From NCBI GenBank assembly GCA_047150005.1, contig AP038806.1, positions 2,528,001 through 2,592,000 on the forward strand: a stretch of DNA of 64,000 bases, read 5' to 3'. The notes beneath the pieces were generated by a model. That model had not been told where the DNA came from. It saw nothing but the letters and a program-made list of their open reading frames with translations, and did not search any database. Position 1 is the first letter of the stretch. The number at the start of each line of letters is the position of its first letter. The stretch comes from Nitrospira sp. (GTDB taxonomy: Bacteria; Nitrospirota; Nitrospiria; Nitrospirales; Nitrospiraceae). Of the stretch, positions 23,305 through 32,916 are shown in pieces. The position numbers and the translations under genes were made by a program.

Positions 23305-25170
23305 ATGGCGATCTCGGGAGCTTTCGATTCTGATTTGGGCGAGTTGCAGCGGCGCCTGGTGCTCCTTCGCATCGGCTTGTTGCTCGTCGTCGCGCTGCTG
23401 GCGTTGCGGCTGTGGCATTTGCAGATCCGTGAAGGTCCCTATTACCGTGATCTCTCCGAGAACAACCGCACACGTTCGGTGATTCTGGAACCGGCTCGCG
23501 GTCTGATCTACGATCGCAACGGCGTGCTGTTGGCCAATAACGTTCCAAGCTTCAGTCTCTATGTGTCCCTGGAGGACGTCAAAGATCGCGAAGCGCTGAT
23601 CGACCAACTCACGCAGCTGATCGGTCTGGATCCGGCCCTCGTCCGAAAAAAACTTGCCGTGCGCGGTGCGAAACAGCTGCCGAGAAAGATCAAGGATCGT
23701 CTGACGCTGAAAGAGGCGACGCTCATCGAATCCCATCGACTGGACCTTCCCGGTGTCATGATTCAAGTGGAGTCTCAGCGTAACTATCCGAGCGGCATGG
23801 CGGCCGCGCATGTGTTGGGCTATGTCGGCGAGGTATCGGCCGAGCAGCTGGAGAAGCCAGAATTTTCCGAGCTTCATCAAGGGAGCATCGTCGGCCAGTA
23901 CGGCGTGGAAAAATACTTCGACCGGATTATGCGGGGGATGGCGGGCCAGAAAAGTGTCGAGGTGGATGCGCTGGGTCATGAGAAACGGACGGTCGTGGTC
24001 GATCAACCGAAGGCCGGCGATGATCTCTATCTGACGATCGATGCCAGATTGCAGAAAGTCGCCGAAGAGCTATTGGGACAGGAATCCGGCGCCATCGTCG
24101 CGCTCGATCCGACCACCGGGGATATTTTTGCCATGGCCAGCCGTCCGGCTTTCGATCCCAACGTCCTGTCGAGAGAGCTCACGGCCAAACAATGGGTGGA
24201 AATCGTTCAGGATGAAGGTAGGCCACTGAACAACCGGGCATCTCAAGGCCAGTATCCGCCGGGATCCACGTTCAAGGTGATGATGGCGGCGGCGGCTTTG
24301 GAGACCAACACGGTCACTCCTTTCAGTACGGTCCATTGCAACGGCGGCTATCAGTTTGGCCGACGCCTGTACCATGACTGGAAGGCCGGGGGACACGGGT
24401 CGGTCGATCTGCGTCAGGCGCTCGTCCATTCGTGCGACGTGTACTTCTACACCGTCGGCCAGCGCATGGGGATCGATACGATCGCCGCCTATGGGCACCA
24501 GTTCGGCCTCGGCGAAGAAACTGGCGTGGACTTGCCCTCCGAGCGAGTGGGGATCATGCCGTCGACGGCATGGAAGCAAAAGGCCAAGAACGAGGCCTGG
24601 TTGCCCGGTGAGACCATCTCCGCCTCGATTGGGCAGGGGTATGTCACGGTGACGCCGCTTCAGATGGCCAGTTTGATCGGTACGGTGGCCAACGGCGGTG
24701 TGGCCTATCGTCCACGATTGGTCCAAGGAATCATGAGTCGAGATACCGGCGTTCTGGAGGAACTGCCGTCGGTCGAGAAGCATCGCTTGAAGGTCAAGCA
24801 GGAGCATCTGAAGTTGATCAGGGAGGCGTTGGCGGGTGTCGTGACCGAAGGCACGGCCACAAGGGCCAAATCTTCCATCGTGTCTATTGCGGGGAAGACT
24901 GGGACGGCTCAGACGTCGGCGCTGCGAACCGGTCCGGAGAAGGATATCCCCAAGAAGCTCCGGGATCATGCCTGGTTTGTGGCGTTTGCTCCAGTAGAAG
25001 CGCCGAAAATCGCCGTGGCCGTGCTGGCCGAGAACATGGGGCATGGGGGAGCTGCTGCGGCTCCGCTGGCCAAAGAAGTCATTGAATCTTTTGTCAAGCT
25101 GACGCAACATGCACCCGCAGTTGGACAAGTGATGGCTCCTAAGGCTCACACCGGGAGTTCGGAGTTCTGA
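23305..25170 (+). CDS. mrdA: Penicillin-binding protein 2
   Basis: STFK, SCD and KTG transpeptidase motifs. Confidence 0.96.
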   Translation: MAISGAFDSDLGELQRRLVLLRIGLLLVVALLALRLWHLQIREGPYYRDLSENNRTRSVILEPARGLIYDRNGVLLANNVPSFSLYVSLEDVKDREALIDQLTQLIGLDPALVRKKLAVRGAKQLPRKIKDRLTLKEATLIESHRLDLPGVMIQVESQRNYPSGMAAAHVLGYVGEVSAEQLEKPEFSELHQGSIVGQYGVEKYFDRIMRGMAGQKSVEVDALGHEKRTVVVDQPKAGDDLYLTIDARLQKVAEELLGQESGAIVALDPTTGDIFAMASRPAFDPNVLSRELTAKQWVEIVQDEGRPLNNRASQGQYPPGSTFKVMMAAAALETNTVTPFSTVHCNGGYQFGRRLYHDWKAGGHGSVDLRQALVHSCDVYFYTVGQRMGIDTIAAYGHQFGLGEETGVDLPSERVGIMPSTAWKQKAKNEAWLPGETISASIGQGYVTVTPLQMASLIGTVANGGVAYRPRLVQGIMSRDTGVLEELPSVEKHRLKVKQEHLKLIREALAGVVTEGTATRAKSSIVSIAGKTGTAQTSALRTGPEKDIPKKLRDHAWFVAFAPVEAPKIAVAVLAENMGHGGAAAAPLAKEVIESFVKLTQHAPAVGQVMAPKAHTGSSEF

Positions 25171-26288
25171 TGATCGATCGGGTTCTAGAAAGCCGCCAGT
25201 TCGATAATTTCGATTTGCGGTTCCTCGGATTGGTCGTCTTGATCCTGGGGATCGGCGTGCTTTCGATATACAGCGTCACGCATGACCAAGGCGGGACCAT
25301 GCCGTTCTTTGCGAAGCAGTTGGTATGGATCCTCCTCGGCGGCGTGGCGTTTTTTGTCATGCAGATTTGGGACTATCATCGCATCGCCCGGTGGGCCTAT
25401 CCGGCGTATGTGGTGATTCTCTTGTTGCTGGCGTTCGTTCTGTTCGAGGGGAAAACCAGTCGGGGAGCCCAGCGATGGATTCCTGTCGGTCCCTTTGCGT
25501 TTCAACCTTCGGAATTCGCCAAACTGGTCCTGGTCTTGGTGCTCGCGCATTACTATTCGAAGGCTCCCCGTGTAGGTTGGCTGCAACGGGTGGTGGTGCC
25601 GGGGTTGTTGATGCTTCCCGGCCTGTTGCTGATTTTGAAACAGCCGGATCTCGGCAGCGGGTTGAGCTTTCTCGCCGTCTATGCCGCCATGTTGTTGATG
25701 GTGGGGATGCGCTCACAAGCCATGGGATTAATCCTATTATTTTCGCTGATGTTGTTTCCTTTCGCCTGGGAAATGATGTGGGGGTCCTTGCATGATTACC
25801 AACGTCAGCGCATTATGGCGTTCGTTGACCCAGACTATGATCCGGCCGGAAAGGGCTACCATGCGCTGCAATCACGGATTGCCATCGGAGCGGGGGAACT
25901 GACGGGAAAGGGGTTATACGGGGGAACGCAGAGTCAGTTGAAATTTTTGCCAGAAGGGCACACGGATTTCGTCTTTTCGGTGTTTGCCGAAGAATGGGGG
26001 TTTGTAGGGGTGCTCGTGTTGCTCCTCCTATTCGTGGCGTTGATCTGGCTGTCGCTGGAAATCGCCGCGAGGGCGAAGGACGAGCTTGGGGCGCTTCTGG
26101 CAGTCGGCGTGGTATGCATGCTGTGTTTTTGCGTCGTGGTGAACATCGGCATGACCGCCGGCATGTTTCCGATCGTCGGAATTCCGCTTCCGCTCATGAG
26201 CTACGGCGGCAGTGCGACCGTCATGACGATGGCTTCGCTGGGGCTGCTATTGAATGTGAAGCGGCGTCGATTGAGTTTGTTTTACTGA
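25170..26288 (+). CDS. rodA: SEDS peptidoglycan glycosyltransferase RodA
   Basis: QPSEFAK, QPDLG, LPEGHTDF, SYGGS. Confidence 0.96.
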   Translation: MIDRVLESRQFDNFDLRFLGLVVLILGIGVLSIYSVTHDQGGTMPFFAKQLVWILLGGVAFFVMQIWDYHRIARWAYPAYVVILLLLAFVLFEGKTSRGAQRWIPVGPFAFQPSEFAKLVLVLVLAHYYSKAPRVGWLQRVVVPGLLMLPGLLLILKQPDLGSGLSFLAVYAAMLLMVGMRSQAMGLILLFSLMLFPFAWEMMWGSLHDYQRQRIMAFVDPDYDPAGKGYHALQSRIAIGAGELTGKGLYGGTQSQLKFLPEGHTDFVFSVFAEEWGFVGVLVLLLLFVALIWLSLEIAARAKDELGALLAVGVVCMLCFCVVVNIGMTAGMFPIVGIPLPLMSYGGSATVMTMASLGLLLNVKRRRLSLFY

Positions 26289-26457
26289 GCGGGCAGCTGC
26301 CTTGATCGAATCCGGCGGGCTGGAATCGCGCTCAAAAGTCGTTCATCATGTGTCGTCCATCGGCTCGACAGTCACCCGATGAAGGGGTGGACCTGGGGTG
26401 TCCCGCGTCCGCTCCTCTCGCCTGGTCGATGGATGCATCGAATGGAAGGAGTTAGGC

Positions 26458-27966
26458 ATGGGATTGGAAATCGCAATCACCGTCGCCCGTGAGGAAACGC
26501 GTGTGGCGGTGTTGGACAGCGGAGTGGTAACGGACCTATTTGGAGACCGCGCCAAGCATAAAGATTTCGTGGGGAACATATATAAGGGGAAGGTCGCCAA
26601 GGTCCTTCCCGGTATGCAAGCCGCGTTCGTAGATATCGGGCTCGAGAAGGCGGCATTCATGCATGTCTCGGATCTGTCCATGGATGCCGAACCGGGGGAT
26701 ACCCTTGTCGATGCAGAGGAGGACGAAAAAGACGGGGACGACCTGCGGCCTCGCCGGGAAAGCTCGAAGCCCATCGAGCAGCTCTTGAGCGAAGGACAGG
26801 ATCTGATGGTGCAGATCTCTAAAGGGCCGATCGGCACCAAGGGGCCGCGAGTCACGAGCTACGTGTCGTTGCCCGGCCGCTATCTCGTGTTCATGCCGAA
26901 TGTCGAGCATATCGGTGTGTCGCGGCGTATCCCGAGGGACGAAGAACGCGCACGGCTGAAGGAGATCATGAAGCGCCTCCGCCACCCCGGTTGCGGATAC
27001 ATCGTCAGGACCGTCAGCGAAGGAGTAAAGGAGGAAGAACTGCGGTCGGATGTCGACTTCCTGCATGTTCTCTGGCAAGACATCCGCGAAAAACGCGATC
27101 AGCAGCCGGCGCCGGCGCTGTTGCACACCGATCTCAGCCTGAGTTTCCGCGTCGTGCGGGACTTGTTCGGCAAGAAGGTGGACAGGCTATGGATCGATTC
27201 GCGCGAAGAATATGAAGCGGTGCGGGACTTCGTCCAGCGCTTCTCTCCGGAACAGACCTCCCGCATTCATTTTTACGACAAAGACGAAAGTTTGTTCGAT
27301 CATCTCGGAGTCGAACAAGAAATGGCCCGCGCGCTCAGCCGGAAGGTCTGGCTCAAGTCGGGCGGATATCTGGTCATCGACCATACCGAGGCGATGACCG
27401 TCATTGATGTGAATACCGGGCGCTTCGTCGGGAAACGAGATCAGGAGGAAACGATCTTGCGCAACAATCTGGAAGCGGCCAAAGAGGTCGCCTATCAGAT
27501 CAAGTTGCGCGGGATCGGCGGAATTATCATCGTCGATTTCATCGACATGGAGCGGGAGAAGAACCGGGACAAGGTGTATCATGCCTTGGTCGATGCCATG
27601 GCGTCGGATAAGGCCCGAACGAGAATCTCCCGCATTTCCGATCTGGGGTTGATCGAGATTTCACGCGAACGGGTTCGTGAAGATCTTCTGCGGTCTCTTT
27701 CGGAACCCTGTCGCTATTGCGACGGCCGTGGCTACACGAAGTCTCCGACAACCATCACCTATGAGATTTTCCGCGAGATCAGAAGGATTGGGAGCGGGGC
27801 GGAGCAACAGCGCATCGTGGTCGGGGCGCATCCCTCGGTCGCGGGTCTGCTGCAGGACGAAGAGCGACAGGGGCTCGAAGCGTTGGAGCGCGAGTGCATG
27901 GCCAAGATTCTGGTCATGTCCGACGAGCAACTGCATCTGGAGCAGTACGATCTGGCCGTGCTCTGA
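26458..27966 (+). CDS. rng: Ribonuclease G (Rne/Rng family)
   Basis: S1 domain GNIYKGKV..VLPGMQAAFVDIG, IDVNTG, IIVDFIDM, CxxC. Confidence 0.93.
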   Translation: MGLEIAITVAREETRVAVLDSGVVTDLFGDRAKHKDFVGNIYKGKVAKVLPGMQAAFVDIGLEKAAFMHVSDLSMDAEPGDTLVDAEEDEKDGDDLRPRRESSKPIEQLLSEGQDLMVQISKGPIGTKGPRVTSYVSLPGRYLVFMPNVEHIGVSRRIPRDEERARLKEIMKRLRHPGCGYIVRTVSEGVKEEELRSDVDFLHVLWQDIREKRDQQPAPALLHTDLSLSFRVVRDLFGKKVDRLWIDSREEYEAVRDFVQRFSPEQTSRIHFYDKDESLFDHLGVEQEMARALSRKVWLKSGGYLVIDHTEAMTVIDVNTGRFVGKRDQEETILRNNLEAAKEVAYQIKLRGIGGIIIVDFIDMEREKNRDKVYHALVDAMASDKARTRISRISDLGLIEISRERVREDLLRSLSEPCRYCDGRGYTKSPTTITYEIFREIRRIGSGAEQQRIVVGAHPSVAGLLQDEERQGLEALERECMAKILVMSDEQLHLEQYDLAVL

Positions 27967-28031
27967 GCGCCTGACGGCGCATTGGGCATATCGAGCGGAG
28001 TCCGCTCCCAATCTCTGGACAGCCGATCCCT

Positions 28032-29168
28032 ATGCAATCGCTCTACGCGACGAACCAGTCTCTTCTTGAGCCCTGGTTACGCCTGAGGGCAATCGATGGG
28101 TTGGGGGATGCGACCATCCTGTCGCTGCTGCAGATCTGGGGGACACCGGAGGCCATGCTGAAGGCAGGGTTGGAGGAACTGATCGAACGAGGCTGCAGCC
28201 GCCGCTTGGCCGGCGCAATTAAGAAGGGACCTTCGGAGAAGGCGTGCCGCCTGATCGACCGAGAACTCTCAGCGCTGCAGCAGTCGACGTGGACGGTCCA
28301 TACGATCCTCGATGCGTCGTATCCCGCGCGGTTGCGGATGATCCCTGATCCTCCGCCGCTGTTGTATGTCTCGGGAGCGTTGCTGGAGGAGGATGCTTTT
28401 GCGGTGGCGGTTGTGGGCGCCCGCCGAGCGACGGCTGGTGGGTGTCTGTTGACGGAAGAATTGGCCAGAGATCTAGCGGAAGCGGGCGTCTCCGTCGTCA
28501 GCGGATTGGCTCGAGGGATCGACGCGGCTGCTCATCGAGGCGCCCTCTCGGGCGGAGGCCGAACTATTGCCGTGCTCGGTTGCGGTATCGACCGGACCTA
28601 TCCGTCGGAGCATGCAAGGTTGCGTCGTCAAATCGAAGAGCAGGGGGCGGTCGTGACCGAGGTGCCGATCAGAACTGCTCCGGAACCGCACAATTTTCCC
28701 AGACGAAATCGCATCATCAGCGGGTTGTCGCTCGGCGTGGTGGTGACGGAGGCCGCCTTGGAGAGCGGGTCGTTGATTACCGCCCAGTTGGCGTGCGAGC
28801 AGGGCAGAGAGGTGTTTGCCGTTCCTGGTTCGGTCAAGGCGGACACCTGTCGCGGAACAAACGCGCTGATCAAACAAGGTGCTGCCTTGATCGAGTGTGC
28901 GGACGATGTTGTCCAAGCACTGACGCCGCAACTTGAGGAACCGATGCGTCGGAAAGTGCGCCGATCTCGATTCGATCCCACGGCTCCTGGGCCTCTGGAT
29001 GAGCAGGAAAGGCTGGTCTACGCGGCGCTGTCACACGAACCCAGGACCGTGGATGAGGTGGCCGAAATCATTCATGCGCCGGTGTCCATTGTGACGGCGA
29101 CGCTCTTGTCTTTGGAGCTCAATCGACAGGCTCGGCAGCTGGGCGGCCAGCGCTTCGTTCGCACGTAA
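28032..29168 (+). CDS. dprA: DNA-processing protein DprA
   Basis: SGLARGID, FPRRNRIISGLS, SGSLITA. Confidence 0.96.
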   Translation: MQSLYATNQSLLEPWLRLRAIDGLGDATILSLLQIWGTPEAMLKAGLEELIERGCSRRLAGAIKKGPSEKACRLIDRELSALQQSTWTVHTILDASYPARLRMIPDPPPLLYVSGALLEEDAFAVAVVGARRATAGGCLLTEELARDLAEAGVSVVSGLARGIDAAAHRGALSGGGRTIAVLGCGIDRTYPSEHARLRRQIEEQGAVVTEVPIRTAPEPHNFPRRNRIISGLSLGVVVTEAALESGSLITAQLACEQGREVFAVPGSVKADTCRGTNALIKQGAALIECADDVVQALTPQLEEPMRRKVRRSRFDPTAPGPLDEQERLVYAALSHEPRTVDEVAEIIHAPVSIVTATLLSLELNRQARQLGGQRFVRT

Positions 29169-29258
29169 ACAGGCTTTTATTCCTGAGATGAGTTGCATCG
29201 CGAGAAGAATTTTGGTACGGATGGTACGGTAACAGGGTACTCATCCAGCGGAGCATCC

Positions 29259-31598
29259 ATGGCGAAGTCTCTCATCATCGTCGAATCTCCGACGAAGGCC
29301 AGGACGATCACGAAGTATTTAGGGCGGGGATATACCGTCCTTGCCTCGGTCGGCCACGTCAAGGATCTTCCTACCAGTAAGCTTGGTGTGGACCTCGAGC
29401 GCGATTTTGCTCCGCAGTATGTCACGATCAAAGGAAAATCGAAGGTGCTCGCGGAGATCAAGAAGAAAGCAGAAGAAGCCGACAAGGTGTTTCTGGCTCC
29501 TGACCCTGATCGCGAAGGAGAAGCGATCGCCTGGCACCTTGCAGAAGAACTGAACGGCAAATCGAAAAAGAAGAAGGAGGGCAAAGTCTTTCGTGTCCTC
29601 TTCAACGAGATTACAGAGTCCGCTATTAAGCGGGCGCTGCAATCGCCAGGACAGATCGACATGAAACTGGTCAATGCCCAGCAGGCCCGGAGGGTTTTGG
29701 ATCGAATCGTCGGATACCAGGGCAGTCAGCTGTTGTGGAACAAGGTGCGCCGAGGACTGTCCATGGGACGGGTGCAGTCGGTCGCCGTTCGGCTGATATG
29801 CGAGCGCGAGGCGGAGCGAGAGGCGTTTCGCGCGGAAGAGTACTGGTCGATTACCGCGCTGCTGGCCGGAACGACACCCCCTCCGTTCGAAGCCCGCCTG
29901 CACAGCATCAACGGGGAAGAAGCGTCGATTGCCACGGCGGAGCAGGCGCAGACGGTGGTATCGGCACTCGAAGGGAGGATCTTTACGGTCACCTCCGTCG
30001 AGCGGAAGGAAAAAAAGCGCAACCCGGTTGCTCCCTTCATTACCAGTCGTTTGCAGCAGGAAGCGGCCAGGAAGCTGCGCTTTACCCCTAAGAAGACCAT
30101 GACTCTTGCCCAACAGCTGTATGAGGGTATTGAGATCGGGACGGAAGGGGCAACCGGACTTATCACCTATATGAGGACGGATTCACCGAGAATCTCCCAA
30201 GAGGCCATGGCTGACGCCCGACAGGTCATCTTGGAGCGATTCGGTCAGGAATATCTCCCTGGAACCCCCAACGTGTACAAGACGCAGAAGGCGGCCCAAG
30301 AGGCGCATGAAGCGATCAGGCCCACGGCAGCGGGCCGCGATCCCGAGTCGATCAAACAGTATCTCGAAGAGGACCAGTATCATCTCTACAAGCTGATCTG
30401 GAACCGGTTCATCGCTTCTCAGATGGTGCCGGCCATTCTCGACGTGACGCGGGTGGAGTCCTCCCCGCTGGATACCTCGGATCGGTATCTGTTCCGCTCG
30501 AGCGGCACGGTGGTGAAATTTCCGGGCCACACGATCGTCTATATGGAGGGCGTCGATAAAGAGTTGGCCTCGCAAAAGCCCAAGCAAGACGAAGAGAGCG
30601 ACGAAGGGACCGAGCGCCAGCTGCCGGTCCTCGCCGAAGGCGAGCGTCTCCGGTTGGTCGAACAGGCGGAGCAGACGATCGCCGGCGTTACGTCCAAACA
30701 GCACTTTACTCAGCCGCCGCCTCGTTATAATGAAGCTCTGCTCATCAAGGAATTGGAAGAAAAGGGGATCGGAAGACCGTCCACCTATGCGGCCATCATC
30801 TCCACCATTCAGGACCGGAAGTACGTCGAGAAAATCGAAGGCAGGTTTGTTCCGACGGAAACCGGCCGCACAGTCAACGACTTTTTGATGAAAGGGTTTC
30901 CCGACATCGTGAATGTCGATTTCACGTCTCAGCTCGAAGAGGAACTCGACGAGGTTGAAGAAGGGAACAAGCCATGGATTGATGCGGTTCGGGACTTCTA
31001 CAATCCCTTCACAGCTGATTTGGAAAAGGCGAAGTTGATTCCCGGTCCAAAAGATACGGTCGAGCCTCCCACCAATATTCCCTGCGACAAATGCGGAAGA
31101 ATGATGGAGATCAAGTGGGGGCGAAACGGGAAGTTCCTCGCGTGCCCTGGTTATAAAGAGGATCCACCCTGCAAGAACACTCAGAACTTTGAGCGGCTCC
31201 CCGACGGAACAATCAAGATCGTCCCCAAGCAGGAGCTCACGACCGACCAAGTCTGCGACAAGTGCGGGAGTCCGATGGTCGTGAAGACGGGACGATTCGG
31301 GAAATTCATCGCGTGTTCAGCCTATCCCGCCTGCAAGACGACGAAGCCTCTGGCGCTTGGCGTGAAATGTCCCCAGCCCGGATGCGGGGGCGACCTGGTC
31401 CAGAAGCGTACCCGCAAAGGGCGATCGTTCTACGCATGCAGTCGCTATCCTCAATGCGAATTTGCTCTATGGGATCGTCCTGTCAACAAAGCGTGCCCCA
31501 CCTGCAGCGCGCCCTTCCTGGTCGAAAAGATCAGTAAACAGGACGGGAGAAGCGTGCAGTGCCGCAATGAAGATTGCGGTTATCGCGAGGCCGGATAA
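29259..31598 (+). CDS. topA: DNA topoisomerase I
   Basis: IVESPTKA, DPDREGE, ITYMRTDS, C-terminal zinc ribbons. Confidence 0.98.
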   Translation: MAKSLIIVESPTKARTITKYLGRGYTVLASVGHVKDLPTSKLGVDLERDFAPQYVTIKGKSKVLAEIKKKAEEADKVFLAPDPDREGEAIAWHLAEELNGKSKKKKEGKVFRVLFNEITESAIKRALQSPGQIDMKLVNAQQARRVLDRIVGYQGSQLLWNKVRRGLSMGRVQSVAVRLICEREAEREAFRAEEYWSITALLAGTTPPPFEARLHSINGEEASIATAEQAQTVVSALEGRIFTVTSVERKEKKRNPVAPFITSRLQQEAARKLRFTPKKTMTLAQQLYEGIEIGTEGATGLITYMRTDSPRISQEAMADARQVILERFGQEYLPGTPNVYKTQKAAQEAHEAIRPTAAGRDPESIKQYLEEDQYHLYKLIWNRFIASQMVPAILDVTRVESSPLDTSDRYLFRSSGTVVKFPGHTIVYMEGVDKELASQKPKQDEESDEGTERQLPVLAEGERLRLVEQAEQTIAGVTSKQHFTQPPPRYNEALLIKELEEKGIGRPSTYAAIISTIQDRKYVEKIEGRFVPTETGRTVNDFLMKGFPDIVNVDFTSQLEEELDEVEEGNKPWIDAVRDFYNPFTADLEKAKLIPGPKDTVEPPTNIPCDKCGRMMEIKWGRNGKFLACPGYKEDPPCKNTQNFERLPDGTIKIVPKQELTTDQVCDKCGSPMVVKTGRFGKFIACSAYPACKTTKPLALGVKCPQPGCGGDLVQKRTRKGRSFYACSRYPQCEFALWDRPVNKACPTCSAPFLVEKISKQDGRSVQCRNEDCGYREAG

Positions 31599-31764
31599 CA
31601 TCTCCATCCGCATCTCCTCTCGCGCATCAATCCGCCGTCGATCTCCGCTCTGAGCCAGCTATTCCGTACTTTCTTCCCGCATAATCGCGCGTACTCGTGG
31701 TGTGAAATTGAGAGGCGAAGTCATCGAAGATGAGAAGTCTAATCAGAATTACGTAAATCAAATC

Positions 31765-31793
31765 TTGACGAGGTGTGTGAGAGCCGAGATAAT
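31765..31793 (+). promoter_or_regulatory. sigma70-type promoter of bfr pair
   Basis: TTGACG-17bp-GATAAT. Confidence 0.55.
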
Positions 31794-31858
31794 GTACAGA
31801 GAAATGTTTACGTCCTTGTGCACTCGCGTTGATTTTCTGATGAAGGGAGGGCCACGAG

Positions 31859-32335
31859 ATGAAAGCAAAAGATGGGGTGATCAATCTGTTGAACAAGATT
31901 CTCACCGCTGATCTGACCGCCATCAATCAGTACTTCGTTCACGCCAAAATGTGCGCGAACTGGGGATATGAGCGGTTGCATCATAAAGTTCGAGAGCGGA
32001 GCATCGACGAAATGAAGGATGCGGACGAGCTCATCGGACACATCTTGTACCTGGAGGGAGTGCCGAACGTGCAACGCATGAACACCGTGCATGTCGGCGA
32101 GACAGTGCCAGAGCAGTTCAAGCTCGATCTCAAGGCTGAACAAGAAATGCTGTCGCTATTAAGCGAAGGGGTCGTCCATTGCACGAAGGTGACGGATTTC
32201 ACCACTCGCCACATGCTGGAAGATATGGCCAAAGACGTCGATGCCCATATCGACTGGATTGAGACGCAGATGGAAACGATCGAGCAGATCGGCGTTGAGA
32301 ATTATCTGGCTGAACAAATCAAGAAAGAGAGCTGA
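31859..32335 (+). CDS. bfr: Bacterioferritin (haem-ligand type subunit)
   Basis: AINQYF.H, DEM52K, HIDWIETQ. Confidence 0.92.
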   Translation: MKAKDGVINLLNKILTADLTAINQYFVHAKMCANWGYERLHHKVRERSIDEMKDADELIGHILYLEGVPNVQRMNTVHVGETVPEQFKLDLKAEQEMLSLLSEGVVHCTKVTDFTTRHMLEDMAKDVDAHIDWIETQMETIEQIGVENYLAEQIKKES

Positions 32336-32343
32336 GGGAAGCC

Positions 32344-32814
32344 ATGAAAGCCAAGGAAGGAGTCATTCAGTATCTCAACGATATACTGCGAGCGGAGCTG
32401 ACGGCGGTGCATCAATATCTTCTGCATGCCGCGCTGTGCAAACACTGGGGATATGAACGTCTCCATGGCCATTTCGAACATCTGGCGCACGAAGAAGTAG
32501 GACATTCCTCATTGCTGATCGATCACATTCTGTATCTCCAGGGAACGCCGGAGGTGGCGAAGCTCGATGCGGTGGCTGCGGGGCCCGATGCCAAGTCGCT
32601 GTTCGAAAGCGATTTGGCGTTCGAACGGGAAGATGTCGGATTGCTCTGCAAAGCCGTCGCACATTGCGCGCACGTCGGCGACTATACAAGCAGGCACTTG
32701 CTGGAGCATATGGTGATAGATTCAGAGGAGCATATCGACTGGTTTGAGATCCAACTGAAGGCGATTGGACAGGTTGGACTTGAGCGATATCTTTCCGAGC
32801 AAATTACGAAATAG
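32344..32814 (+). CDS. bfr: Bacterioferritin (ferroxidase type subunit lacking haem Met)
   Basis: E18, E51, H54, E94, H130 present; Val at position 52. Confidence 0.9.
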   Translation: MKAKEGVIQYLNDILRAELTAVHQYLLHAALCKHWGYERLHGHFEHLAHEEVGHSSLLIDHILYLQGTPEVAKLDAVAAGPDAKSLFESDLAFEREDVGLLCKAVAHCAHVGDYTSRHLLEHMVIDSEEHIDWFEIQLKAIGQVGLERYLSEQITK

Positions 32815-32839
32815 CGAGAGGACGCATCCTGCTAAGAGA

Positions 32840-32869
32840 GTGGGAGGCTGGTAACAACCAGCCTCCCAC
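32840..32869. terminator. Hairpin between convergent genes
   Basis: Perfect 13-bp stem GTGGGAGGCTGGT-aaca-ACCAGCCTCCCAC. Confidence 0.7.
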
Positions 32870-32916
32870 GTATGTTTCACAGGGCTCACATCCCGGTACA
32901 GCCAGCCGATTCCCTC

